64,000 nucleotides of DNA, taken from Takakia lepidozioides (lineage: Eukaryota; Plantae; Bryophyta). Within the stretch, counting starts at the first letter, position 1. Each line of letters starts with the position of its first letter. This document shows positions 12,281-26,034 of this stretch, piece by piece. A program made the position numbers and the translations under genes. The stretch spans positions 69,378,001 through 69,442,000 of the forward strand of contig CM060732.1 of the NCBI GenBank assembly GCA_030704615.1. The letters are read 5' to 3'. The notes below the pieces were generated by a model. That model saw nothing but the letters and a program-made list of their open reading frames with translations, did no database searches and had not been told where the DNA came from.

Positions 12281-13776
12281 AAATTTCTTTACCTCAACCC
12301 CCTCATTTCTCAAATAGGCTATCACCCTTGATTGTCAGGTCTCTGACATCATCTGTAAATAGAATGCTGACCGTGCGCATACATTTGCCTACACTTCAGC
12401 TTGTCTAGTTTGAGCAACATTTCACTTGTGGCCCAAGACAGAGAAAAAAGACACAATTTTGTTGTTGTTGCCAAGGAGAAGATATAATCCAGGTTAAATT
12501 GAACCAGCCTGAACAGTGTCGATGTCCATAGTAAGTGGAGCACTTGAAGGCATTTCCACATGGAGTGTGTCGACCAGAGAAGGGAGTCCAGCTATAAAAA
12601 CTGACTCCTTGTTCTTAAACAGAACCTCCACATCAAACTCCTTGAGTCCAGTCAGCTACAATTGCAGATTTGGCATGCTCACTGACCTCCCGCATAGGTG
12701 GCCCACTGTGTAGTACGGGATTTTTCCTGCCATCGAAACAGGATAAATAAATGTCAGTTCCAAGAATCTTCTCGAAGGGTAACCAAAGTAGCTGTGGATT
12801 CTTGGCTTGCATTTATATAAGTGGTTTTACTGTAAAAGGAATTGTACATGTATCCCTAGTAATGCTGAAGATGTTGAGCTGGGTTACACAGGATTGAGAC
12901 CTTCATTCCAGTCGTGAAGCACAATACGTGCAATTGCAACAGTGTCACCCACTCCCCCTTTTTGAGCTTTCCACGCACCATAGCCAAATTTTGCAAGAAC
13001 TCATCAACATACGGTTGAACTTGGCAACCTTGTAAGTTGACATCAGCTTCTCCGCGGGACACAGCTGCAATATCTGCTTCACTGTAAAAAAAAAAAAAAC
13101 CAACTTGTGGTCAAATTAGAGTTGATGGATGTGTTTTCATCCCCCATTGCTGGAAATTCTAATATTGGTGACCATTTCTATCTCTGCCTCTTGTGTGTGC
13201 TGCTTGTGTTTGTAGTCAGGTGATGTCGGATTGGTCTGTGAGAACCACCACGGTGTAGCTGAGCAGGCAGAGATGGAAACACGGCCTGCTAAGACCAAGC
13301 TGACTCTCCCAAGAACCTTGTAAACATTAGGAAGAATACCAAATCATGGTACTAACAGGAGCCAAGAGCCCACATTTGCATCTACGATCGGTGTGTGAAA
13401 CAAATCCCTCCGCACTCCACAAATCATGCATACACCCTCGCCTTGCCTCGATTGTTCCACAAATCCCTCCGCACTCCAGAAATCACGCATCCTCGCCTTG
13501 CCTCGATGCTTCTCCTCGTCTCTGTTATCTGTAAAAAACTCGAGATCCGTGTGTGAAACCCGTCAGCGCTCAAGCCATCATCGTCACTTCCCCACGCTGC
13601 CGGTTATTTTTGGGCATTTCGGGCAGGTTTCAAAGAAATTGACGACGACGATGACGTGTCTACGATGATATGGCAACAATGACGTGTCTATTATGACGTG
13701 TCGACGATGACGTGGCACTATGGCACCCTATTTCTGCTCTACGCTAAACTAGCTTCCGACCTTCGGTCGTCGCTAG

Positions 13777-16700
13777 AATGAGATAAAGATAGTCACCCTA
13801 TGTGTACATAAGATGCCACAATACTCATAAGGGTTGATCTTACTAATGATGAAATTTGATAGTGCTGAAGTGCATGTCGAACTTGCATTCAGGTAAAGGG
13901 ATCTATGAAATGCAGTAGAGATCTATGTACAAACTATTACATAGATAAATCAAATGACAGGAAGATAACATGAAATCTGATTTCAACACCATGTCATTTG
14001 CCCCATTTGTTTTACCTTACGCTAGAGAGAAATACATGTATCATAAAACATAACCAAAAATTCGGACTGACAATGAGGACAAAGTATTGTATATGTAATT
14101 TCTAATTACCTACATAACATCATCAGCTGATACTTCATCATCCGTGTCATAAGCCTGTGATTCAGAGGCATACACATCCATGAAAGCCTCAACTCTACGC
14201 AACCTATCCACGGATTGTCCAACAATAGCTGCTCTTCGGTCAAACAACACATCATTGGAAAGACCTACATCACGTTGTTGATGTATTGAATGCAAAGCTT
14301 GGGACTCGGCATACGAAGGTAGATAAAACGATGAAAGAGGACTTTGGGGTAGACTATCGTAGATGGTCCACACAATCCCATCACTGCATCACACATACAT
14401 GTATACTTATGTTAACAAATCAAATGGGAATGGTTTGCTTTGCAAATAATATAGAGATTGCAACAAAAGAAATGGAGGCGAGACATACTCACTAGGAAGT
14501 ACTGCCGAGATGAAGACCAAGCTTGCGCGCCACCTTAGGAGCGGGGGGTTCCAACAAACTCACAAGACGTTGAATGGTTGGAGTTACCACAGATGAAACC
14601 AAAACAGGTTGAGTATTTTGAAGTGCAGAGAGACGTGCTGCATACAACGTCTGGTCCCCCTCAAGACCAAATACGTGACGTCCAGACTCGCGGGCAGCAA
14701 TAAATGTAGAACCTGCAGGAAAAAAACATGCAATGGTGATATTATATCGGATAACAGTTAATGATCATGAATCAACTCAGAAGATTTTAATTACAAAATG
14801 GAGACCAATGCAAACCTGTGCCAGCTGTGAGATCCAAAATGCGGGAACCAGGAGGTGAGCATGTCTCCAACAACACTTGCATGAAGGCGGGACTACGGTC
14901 TCGCGCACCCCTCCAGGCTTGTTGAGGAGTTTACATGGGTAGTGCAACATCTGGAATGTGGTTGTATTTGGCATCCAACTCAACAGGGTTGCAAGGGGGT
15001 CCACAACTTTGCCAGACTCACGCAGTTTGAATAGTCCTCCTTGCTTGGTGAGGACATGGGCGTGGAAGAACATGGTCTGTTAGACGTGCCATTTCCACAA
15101 AAACAGTGCACCCGGATGGTTTAATAATATGTATGAGAGTAGGAAGATGAAACATCAAACAATGAGATATTGAAGAGGGATGATTTTTACCTTTCATGTC
15201 TGAGTGTGTAGAGGGGTGGTATTGATGCAAGTATATTTCCTTGATAATACGGAAATAGAGCTGCCCCTGGAGTAAGAAAAGAGCTCCAATGCAAAGGAAT
15301 CATCGGAGCCCTGCAAGAACACCACGCATCCATTGTCATCCAACAGGTCATTAGCAATGGAGAATGCATACTCCCAATACCGTTTATCAAAAGCATTCCA
15401 GGGAGGAACCTGTACACCATCCAAACAGCCCTGTACAGGCATTTCTGTCGGGCAGTCCACGATGATCATGTCCACAGCCACAAGCACGCTTTTTCCATCC
15501 ACAACACTAGACCAAGTTCCTGGCAACTGCAAACAACATACAGAAAATGTAGGAGTCAATAGCCGGAGATGAGGATATAAAAACATTGAAGAATTCCTTA
15601 CATTCAAGTTTGTTTGTTGGGGGAAACTCACATTTTTGAAGAACTCCATGAGCTTTTTCAAGGTCGCATCAGGAGATGTACTTGAGACCTCCACCATATC
15701 AATGAAATGAGTAGGCATGATCTTCATGCGATACATGCTAGGTGCACCACCAGAAAATGACACTGCACTGTAAGGATGTTCGCCTGCCTTTGGCTTGTTT
15801 CCTCGAGTAGCAGGTGCAGGCACTACAACCAACTGATTTGAAGGATGTGAAGAACTACCAATAGGACCAGCAATAGAAGCCACACCTGCATTGACATCCG
15901 CACCTTTTCTTTTTCGTGATTTGCGTTTTGGTACACCCACAACGGCAGGGACCACTTGGGCTACAGTGTCAGCGGCCTGTGTAGCAATCTGTTCTGCTTG
16001 CTCCAGATCAAGAACAAGGACCCCTTCATCACTCACTGACTGCCTGCGAACACATTCCTTATGAAGTCCCATTTCTGCATAGGGGATAGTACCCTTGGGC
16101 ATATCCAAATACCAACCCCCCCCTTCCCGGTGTTCCACACCCCAATCTTCCTCAATTGCAGGTGTGTACATGGAAGCTTGTTGAGCACCAAACTTCTAGG
16201 CCATCAGAAACTTGGGCTCAGCCTTAAGTCGATCACTCGGTACAAGCACAAATCTCATGTACCTAAAATACAAACACATTCAAAGTTATTGTGGAGACAA
16301 ATATTTATGCAACCTGTTCAACAATTGAACAAGCACATTAAGAAACATGTATATCCCAATGTACTAGAAAAATACTTGAAGCATAGACATTTTTGACTTA
16401 CAAGGTGTATACACTATCCATGTACAATGCAATGGAAAGATGGTACCTGAATAAAATCCGTCTCACCACCTTCTCCCCACCTGTTTGTTGTTCCCAATCA
16501 TTGCCTCTGAATGGCCCCTTTGGCAATGAGAACTCTCTATGAAACAACTCATTGAAATGAGTCATTTTCCATATATCCATGTAGTCTCCTAGACTCTCAC
16601 TCTCTCCTTCCTCCAAGGCAACATGAAATTGGCCAAGCTGAGTGGTGTACAAGGCAAACTGAGCCAAGGCAACCTTGCGAAGCTGCCAGAAAATACAGTC

Positions 16701-18432
16701 AGTTAAATAACTATGTTAATGTGTCATCAACAAAATGAATTAATTGCATTGAGAAGATAATGATTGTATATGTACCTGCCACCAAAAAGTCCTTCTATTC
16801 AGCCAAGGATCAAGTGTTGGCCCACTGATAGGCCCGGGTGGAAAAAAAATTACGGTCGTGAAGTGTTTGGTCTCCATTCCATATATGTAGCCATTCCACA
16901 TTTTCTTCAGGATCCACCCGGGCGGTAGCAATGTTCACCATTTTCTCTTGGGTCATTTCCTCTGATCCTGCCTTTACACGTGACCAATGCAGTTTAAGTT
17001 CTTGGAGAAACCCCTCTCCAAGGGTTGGATCAGCAATAGGAAGCAACTTCACAAGCTGACTCTTGTGTTGCTCCCTTGCTTTCAATCCAGCCTGTCTCAT
17101 TGTATCTTCAAGGCCATCTTGACTCTTTGGTCCCTCAGCAAGTTTGTAAGCTTCCCCCGCCATGCGTTGGGCCTCCACGATATCATGCTGCCAAAAGAAC
17201 CAAAACAGTTCATAACATGAACCAGAGGTGAATCTTGTCTATGGATGCAAAGAATGAAACTTGGTTAAGACATGATGTTACCTTGTACAAAATCTCTGTC
17301 ATTGCATGGACTGTCAGGTTATACCAAGTCTTTCCTGCTTTCTTGATGCATTCGTCGTATTGCTCTTTCCTCAATACATTCTTCCATTCAGAGACAGGTG
17401 TAAGGCCAATCATATTGACCTTGCAAACCAAGTGCACAAATTTGGATGTAACATGTGCCCTCTCTGTTGCCCTGCACATATAAAATATGATCATTAGAAA
17501 GAAGATGTGTATATGTACATCCATTGAGCAAGAACATGACAACATTGAACATGAAAGTAAATGAAGAATAGAAAGGAAACTCACACATTCACTCCATCCA
17601 TGATGGACCTGAGGGAACCACGATTTTCAATGTCCGCATTGAGCACCCAGCTTGTCACACAGACATGTCTTGACAAGTTGGCCCCATGAACTTCATTGAT
17701 ATAGGGATACCATGCTTGAAGCCTATGATTCCCATCCCAGAACTTTTTTTATACACTCTGGCGTTAGTGCTTTTTGGACTACATGGGTTACACGTGGATC
17801 CTCAGAAGATGGTTGTACGATTGACATGTTACTTTGTGGCGGCGCCTTCATAATACAATATAAAGTAAGTGATAAAGTAACTGAATATTTTGTTATGGGT
17901 GTCTTAATCAATTTATTGGTTTTAGAGTCAATTGTCGCCACAAATACTTGTACTCATTACTCATACATGAGTAATCAAAGAACAAATCAACATACATGTC
18001 ATGGGATTTGATTGTAAATAAATTGTGCCGTCTAGTGTGTCAGTTCATAGTTAGATGATTAATCAACGATTGGTTGTAAAATAAATGGAAACATGCAGAG
18101 CATTTACGTTTCATATGCTCATAAGAAGAAGGCAGTACATTGGATTCTAAGATCTCAACAACGACGCCGTCGTCTTAAAAATAGGGGATAGTCCATTTAG
18201 TTGTTTCTGTCAGAGAATAATATGGATGGAGCACATGCCTCAGAAAATTTGAACCTTCTGGATTGATGATACACATAAGTAATGTAAGCCATTTAATGTA
18301 TTTGCATAAGGTCTTGCAAGATGTGCGCTTTCATTCATTTTGCATCTCCTCTCAAATTTTGAAGGCATTGCCAAATGTCTACATTAAAATGCATTGTTTT
18401 CATGTCCACCTGATGCAAAAGTGGTTCGTTAT
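13777..18432 (-). mobile_element. Inverted, internally deleted second copy of the family A element
   Basis: 13777-17740 is the near-identical reverse complement of ~4155-8118. 17741-18432 is the reverse complement of ~1056-1748. About 2.4 kb (exon 1, palindrome array, start of ParB domain) is deleted. Confidence 0.95.
14110..17740 (-). pseudogene. 5'-truncated copy of the ParB-MTase-like gene
   Basis: Same exons as 2166-7786 from WDGNHRLQAW onward. Keeps ILDLTAGTGST across the intron and shares the TAA stop; has its own extra stops and indels. Confidence 0.9.
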
Positions 18433-19242
18433 AACATGGCCGCAAATAAATACGGGACCTTGTTGTTGACGAGCGGTTGACCCCACAATGTTGTATGTAC
18501 CTCATCTGCCCTGTGGCGGAAATGCGGGTTGGCGCAAGAATGCAAGCTAGCTTGATTTTGTTTGGTTTATGGATCATGCCTATCTCTGGGCTACAAACGA
18601 TTTATGTGACACCAGTCCACAAAATTTCTGCAGTCACCAAATGACCACCGCTGCCCCAACTTCCAAACTTCCCAACCTGGTTCCGCAAGAATGTTGGGGT
18701 CATTATATATGTCTCAACGAAGTTTGCGCCTGGCCCCTTTGGTTTTTTTTTTTGGAGGTCCAGGTTCATTATCGTCATCCCTGGGATGACCTCCTCTGTC
18801 TTCCTCCTCCGCCATTTATGGCTCTGGCTTACTCCTACTCGACAGGTGTTTGCTAAAAAAAATGCTCTCCCAACCCTCCTAAATCGTACCTAATCCTACT
18901 CCCTAATTAATCCTCCCCAAGTACTAGAGGCACGTGTCACTCCCTCCGTAGTTCTAAGTGTTATGACGCAATGTGCAATGAAAAAAACGTGGGTGCCAGA
19001 GGAGGGCTTCCCGGGAGGTACTCAACATCGATTTCGTAGAAACCAACGGCCCAAAATACCCCCCACCCAACCAATAGCACCCCTCTCCACTTGGACTCAA
19101 TAAGAAGGAATGCAACATCCCATCGCCCACCAAGTCCTGGTGTGGAGAAAAGTGACGGAGAGAATGGCCTCCAAGGCCTTATAAGCCCCCTCTCCACACT
19201 TGGGGCGCGCGTTGTCATCATGATTGCGTACGCTAGTAATAG

Positions 19243-20440
19243 CTGCGACCGCCAGCAGGGGGTGGTCGCATCAATTTTTCTTTTCTTTATTATGTGCGAC
19301 CACCAGCAGGGGGGTGGTCGCAGATATTTTTATTTTTTTTAATGGGTGCAACCACCAGCAGGGGGGTGGTCGCAGATTTTTTTTATTTTTAATAGGTGCG
19401 ACCACCAGCAGGGAGGTGGACACATAATTTTTCTTTTTTTTAATAGGCGCGACCACCAGCAGGGGGGTGGTCGCAGAAATTTTGTTTAAAACAAATAGGT
19501 GCGACCACCACCTGCTAGTGGTCGCACTATTTTCCTTTTCTTTAATAGATGCGACCACCAGCAGGGGGGTTGTCGTAGGGGGGTGGTCGCATAATTTTCC
19601 GATTTTTTAATATCTACCAACAGTCAGTAGCTCAGTTGGTTAAGTGCACTGAATGCGACCCGGACGATTCTGGGGTCAAATCTTGCTACTTGATGGGTGT
19701 GGTATGGTTCGTGTGTGGTGCCCCATTTCTATGCCTCTTGGCGCATAAATGAAAGAGGTTATTTTCTCCTCTCACTACTAAGGGGCCTGATTTGTGAGCT
19801 GTCGCTCCCAGGTGTTTCCCAAATTTATTAAAAAAAACATTTAAAAAAAATAAAATCTGCGACCACCAGCAGGGGGGTGGTCGCACCATTTTTTTTAGGG
19901 GTGACCACCAGCAAGGGGGTGGTCGCAGAATTTTCTGTTTTTAAATAGCTGCGACCACCAGCAGGAGGGTGGTCGGACCATTTTTCTTTTTGTTAAATAG
20001 GTACGAATAATATGTAGAGCAGTTTCATTCGGGCCCTGATTCTAGAGTGGTCCAGGAATTACTGTGGCCCATGAATTAGAGTGGGGCGCATATGTAGGAA
20101 GGCCACGTGTATTAAGGAATGAGATGAGGGGGTCCAAAAAAAGAAAGGAGGAATTGGCTAAATTTAGAATAGGGAGTCTTGTAGGGTTGACATGTGTTCA
20201 GGGCCTTCTAGAAGGCTCCCAAGGTCGGCGGGCTTCTAGAAGGGTCCCACCGCCCTGAGAGGCTATATAAGGGAACCCCCCTTACTACGTACTAACTTAC
20301 TACCTATTAAATCAGTAAATAGGTGCGACTACCAGGAGGGGGGTGGTCGCAACATTTTTCTTTTATTTCAACAGTTGCGACGACCGCTACTGGTGGTCGC
20401 ACAATTGTTTTTTTTATTTAAATAGGTGCGACCACCAGGA
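19243..20440. repeat. Array of GCGACCACC-agcagg-GGTGGTCGC hairpin repeats with AT-rich spacers (same family at 29268-29395)
   Basis: About a dozen copies of tgcgaccaccagcaggggggtggtcgca and variants, spaced ~45-60 bp apart. Confidence 0.9.
19625..19690 (+). other. tRNA-derived (SINE-head-like) relic
   Basis: A-box TAGCTCAGTTGG and B-box-like GGGTCAAATC; no intact cloverleaf evident. Confidence 0.45.
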
Positions 20441-21368
20441 GGTTGGTCCCCTTGCACCTGTATGTATGTTTGGAGAGGCAGACCACCAAACCCTTTCTTG
20501 GGTACACATATTCCACCATTTTTATTTCCGTACACGTATGCATGTACCCAAACTAAAACATGGATATCCATGGAAACATACTACACATCATGTGACAGAA
20601 ATTATAGCTGTACCTAGTTCCGTTTGGCATGACGACGATGGTATGATCTCACGCCTAGTACAAAATCATCGTTCCCACTCACTTCACCCCCGTTCCCATG
20701 ATCAGTTCTAGAATCATGATCTCCATCTGTTCTTTCGTTTCCAGAGGCAACTGGCCGTTGGACCTGTAGTCGTTCTTGGAGTACGTTCAGTTGTCTCTCT
20801 GGTCGATTTCCACTCATATCATGAATACCATCTAGGGTATCAGGCCTGTTCACAGGTCGGTCACCAACAAAAGGTTGCACAATTCTCTGTCGTTTCTGGG
20901 CTTGTCTCGGTTCGTGGTGGCCTTGAAGTAGGTCTCGTATGAGGAAGGCTACTCGCACGTACATCAGAGGGGCCGACATGAGAGGAAGGGGCATGAGATG
21001 GACCAGCGAGGGTCGAGGGAGCACGGTTCACATGCGGACGTCGTCGGGCCAGATGAAACGACAATGGCCGGTCGTCGTTATTCGATGGTTCGACTTGTAG
21101 AAGTCCCGCAGCAGAAGAAGCATCTCCCAAGATCGGAGTAGCGATGGAAGGAATTACATGAGGGGGAGAAAGACTAGATGGACCAGCATGGGATGGACCG
21201 GCTTGAGAAAGAGAAACATGAGATGGAGCGGCGTGAGATGAAGCACGGTTCACAGGGGCACAATGTCGGTGAAAGAATGACAATGACCGATTGTCATCAT
21301 CCGACTATTCGACCTGCATATCTCCCGCAGTCCGTGGAACTCGTGGTGGGAGAGAGTTGACCTCAACT

Positions 21369-23273
21369 TCATTGTTGATCGGTGCTCCACTGGGGAAGGG
21401 GGTCCGCAATTGGGATGACACCATATCGCAATTCATCAACAACAAGGTCATCGAAGGATGCAACATCATCGTCATTAAATTCATATGGGTCATGTGGAGG
21501 ATTGCCCACATCATCGGACCCATCCCAACCGTTGGAGTCAGAACCCCTCGCGGCGTTGGTGTTATCATTGCTGCTAGATTGGACCTCTGAGGCAGATTCT
21601 TCAGACAACAGATTCTTCTCGTACCATGCAGATGTGTCATTTGCTGTCCTCTCTTGCAGTAGCCTACAATTCGTGTAGACATAAATCAATTTGTCAGCCC
21701 TGGCAGGATTCAACCTGTTGCGAATCTTGTTGTGAACAAACGAGTAACTGCTCCAGTTCCGCTCACAGGACGAGGCAGAGCACACTTGAGCAAGAATACG
21801 CTTTGCAATGGGAGCTAACGTTTTTGCTCCAGCTCCAATCAGATCTCACCATTCATGTGGCAACATGTTCATTGCTTTTGGATCCGGCATGTCATGGAAA
21901 GGATTTTGGCGATCCGAGAAGCATTGGTACTCGGACAAAGCTCGCTCTGCCGTGTTCAAGGACGCGAGTTGCATGATGACCCGTGTAATAAAAAAAACGT
22001 TGGTCATTGTTTTTGCCCATAATATGGGTATTGCCTTTGTCAATACCAGCCTATGTAGGGTATTGACCTAGGTATTGGAATTGTCGGATTATTAACCCTA
22101 ATGCCCGTCGGGCAGATAATACCATGGTTGATACCGTACTTGATACCCAGCCAGGCCCTATATACCAGTCCAACATTGGTGTGAACACAATAAACGGCAA
22201 TAGGGTAACCATGTTTCGAATGTGAAGGGTTCTTACACGTGAATAGGCTTTCTTTATATATAAGTTCCAAGTTCCATATATTCATAAATTTAGTGTTCTG
22301 CTAAAGAATAACAAGGTCGGGAAATCAAATTACCAACACCATCCAAAACACACAAATATCAAATGATTCATACAACAATTTAATAAATCAAGAATCTAGA
22401 TTTTCGAAGATTATATTAAGCCCGGCTTTGGCATCCACATCGTCTCTCAAATCCGTATTGTCCAGCAAGAATGGATTCAGCAAGGCCCCCGCATAATGCA
22501 AGTCCGTGCGAACCATCCGTTTGCGGTCGTAAAATGCATCATCGGTCCTTGCCGCCAAATCATCGTCCATAGAAAATGGAGGACGCCTCAAGGATTGCAC
22601 GTGCTTCTCAAGGTTTTCCAATATCAACCATGCTTTATCCATTATTGGTTGTTTTCCATCAAACTCCTGCAAAGCAATCAACACCGGTTCCACCATGTAC
22701 ACAAAATTTGCACATTTCGCCCATAAATCGTCGGAGCAAATGATTGCGCGGACCCTCCGACTTAGACTTACGATAGTCACGTAAGGTGCCCACATACGCA
22801 TCCCATTGAGGGTCAATGATCACCTGCTCCAGACCCGCCCTCACAGTCACCAGTCGATCCACCATCAAAAAGTTTGTGGCAAAGCGGGTTTCACCCGGGT
22901 TCCTAAGGCTGTATTTGGGTTCATGCTTTCTAAACAATGCCAGTGGGATGTGATGTGTACGAATGAACGTCACAACCGACTTTGCTCTTTTTACTAGTTG
23001 TTTCATCCATGATTCTTTTCCCCAATCCTCCAAAAAGAGATCAAAGATATGAGCAGCACACCCTTGGTAATATAGATGGGGATATCGTACCATCAAAATA
23101 TCGGCCATTTTAACCATGTTAGATACATTGTCCGTGCACACTTGGACAATTTTATCAGCTTCAATTTTATCGATAAAACTAGTCAACAACCCTGCTTGAT
23201 AACGTGCATCTTTTCTCTCCCCGCTTGTGTCAACGGATCCCAAAAATTGTTCCCCCACAGGACAGACCAGCAT
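21369..23273 (-). pseudogene. hAT transposase (DUF659 plus C-terminal dimerisation domain), 5'-truncated and interrupted
   Basis: IVQVCTDN..N, CAAHIFDLFLED, PGETRFATNF, LHYAGALLNP, CSASSCERNWSSYSFVHNKIRNRL. Frameshifts and a ~415-bp insertion at ~21974-22390. Confidence 0.92.
21974..22390 (-). mobile_element. Solo-LTR-like insertion in the hAT transposase
   Basis: Ends TGAT...ATCA and has an internal TATATAAA on the minus strand; no clear TSD. Confidence 0.4.
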
Positions 23274-24149
23274 GTAACCAAAACTCTCTTATGTGGTATC
23301 TCTCGTATATGCCTGGATTTCTTTCAAGCTTTAATGCACCCTTGGCTATACTAGAAGGCTCCATTACCATAAAGGGAGAGCAAGTTGGTTACCAACACTG
23401 GTTTATGTGATAGCATTGCTATCCATTAAACGAGTGGAGTTTGAAAGCTGGGAGGAACGGAAGGTGAATGTTTACACTCACATGCATGAAGAACTTGAAC
23501 TGGTAAAGAATTGGATTCCTAAGGATATCTTGTGGATCAAACTCACACCAAGAACAACTTTTCAGACGTGCTTGCCATATGGTTCTTGATAAATCTTTAT
23601 CACTCATTTCTCCAGACACTTTGGATCAGCATCACTTTGGATCAGCATCATGCACTCTCTTAAGGATGTTTTTTTGGAAACCGTCTGGCAATTCCAAGAA
23701 CCTCTAAAAGAATTGTTTGGACAATCTTTCTTTCTCAGTTTCACAGGGAATTTGATTCACATCAAATTCATTGATTCTCCATCTACCATGATCCCACCAG
23801 ATGCCTGTCACATCTGGTTGTTCTTGACTCAGTTCCCCAGTATGATCGCCAAATGTTGAGCGGCTTTTACTCACCCATGCCTCAACTATCCGAGGTGGAA
23901 ACTCCAAGATAGAATAGTTGGAAATCTCTACGCACTCAGCCCGCTCAAAATAATCAGTCATGACCTACATCTAGTGTATCATGGGGGGCTGCTATTTCAT
24001 GAGCGGCATGAGCATGAGCAGAAAAAAAAAAAACATGAGCAGACCATTGTAAGTCCACGGAAATAGGGTTAGGAGGCACGGAAATAGGGTCATGTGAAGT
24101 TGGAATGTGGCACCAGTGGACTTGAAATGCAACATTTTATTGCATTTAC

Positions 24150-25997
24150 TTGCCGAAAATGGCTAAGTCCCAGATCTGACTAGGCCCGGAACTGGAAAAA
24201 TGGCGCCGAATTTCCGATTTTGGTGCCAGTCAGATCTGGGACTTAGCCATTTTAGGCCCCGAACTAGAACAATGGCGTTTTTTTTGTTTTTTTTTTTCGG
24301 TGCCATTTTACCAGTTCGGGGCCTAAAATGGCTAAGTCCCAGATCTGACTGGGCCCGGAACTGGCAAAATGGCGCCGAATTTCCGATTTTGGTGCCAGCC
24401 ACTCTAGGGACTTAGCCATTTTCGGCCCTGAAAGTACCCACTGGCTATGCCTCTGCTTTCAAAAAACATGTGGTCAAACAAAAGTTGAGCCAATTGAACT
24501 CGCTCTAGTACTTGAGATGGAGAGTGGGTGAGGTCTGTATGGTGGAGTCTTTTAGCAAAGGTGCCATTGGCTTGACTTATATAACGTGATAGAATGGTTT
24601 CTCCTCTTTTCACCATTTCCGTATCACTAGAAGAAGACCTGCTTACATCTATAAGTGCAAGGTGTTAGCATAGTTAACACTTGTGTGTGGAAAAGAGCTT
24701 GATAGATAGCTCTTAAGTTACAAGCTGTTGCAGGGTTTGCAAGAAGAAAGTCTTGTGGTGTTTATGTACAAGAGGAGGTCTTCAAGAAGAGCATCATTGA
24801 AAGTTTGAGAGCTTGTGAAGAAGCTCTTGTTCTGCAAGTGTTGCAGGGTTTGAGGAGTTCAAGAAGAGCTCGGGTGTTAAGGAAGCAAGTGGTGCATGTG
24901 TGGAGTATGGTTTCAGCTTGTGGGAGTCTTCAACTTCCATTTTCCTGTTCGGGGCCGAAAATGGCTAAGTCCCAGATCTGACTGGGCCCAGAACTGGAAA
25001 AATGGCGCCGAATTTCCGATTTTGGTGCCAGTCAGATCTGGGACTTAGCCGTTTTCGGCCCGGAACTAGAAAAATATCGGTTTTTTTTTTTTTTTTTTTT
25101 TTTTTTCGGCGCGATTTATCCAGTTCGGGGCCGAAAATGGCTAAGTCCCAGATCTGACTGGGCCCAGAAATGGAAAAATGGTGCCGAATTTCCGATTTTG
25201 GGTGCCAGTCAGATCTGGGACTTAGCCGTTTTCGGCCCCGAACTCGAAAAATGGCGTTTATTTATTTATTTATTTATTTTATTTTCGGCGCCATTTTTCC
25301 ATTTCGGGGCCGAAAATGGCTAAGTCCCAGATCTGACTGGCACCAAAATCGGAAATTCGGCGCCATTTTTCCAGTCATGCAGGTAATTCGAAGAGCGAAT
25401 GGATGGAAATCCGGCGCCGGATTACCATCCGCCAACTAGGTCGGCGCGCAAAATTTCCGTCATGCAGGTAATTCGAAGAGCGGATGGATGAAAATCCGGC
25501 GCCGGATTTCCATCCATCCGCTCTTGGAATTACCTGCATGACTGGAAAAATGGCGCCGAATTTCCGATTTTGGGTGCCAGTCAGATCTGGGACTTAGCCG
25601 TTTTCGGCCCCTAACAAGAAAAATGACGTTTTTTTTTTTTTTTTTTTTTTTTTTTTTCGGCGACATTTTTCCATTTCGTTGCCGAAAATGTCTAAGTCCC
25701 AGATCTGACTGGCACCAAAATCGGAAATTCGGCGCCATTTTTCCAGTCATGCAGGTAATTCCAAGAGCGGATGGATGGAAATCCGGAGCCGGATTTCCAT
25801 CCACCAGGTAAGTCAGCGCGCAAAATTTCCGTCATGCAGGTAATTCGAAGAGCGGATGGATGAAAATCCGGCGCCGGATTCCATCCATCCGCTCTGGAAT
25901 TACCTGCATGACTGGAAAAATGGCGCCGAATTTCCGATTTTGGGTGCCAGTCAGATCTGGCACTTAGCCGTTTTCGGCCCCGACATGGAAAAATGGC

Positions 25998-26034
<37 letters not shown>

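Noticed and set aside
12340-13080. Coding-like fragments on the minus strand
   Set aside because: Interrupted by stops and not assignable to any family by eye.
19625-19690. Functional tRNA gene
   Set aside because: A/B boxes only; acceptor and anticodon stems do not pair convincingly.
20013-20314. Solo LTR (TG..CA with TATA box)
   Set aside because: No target-site duplication and no second copy in the window.
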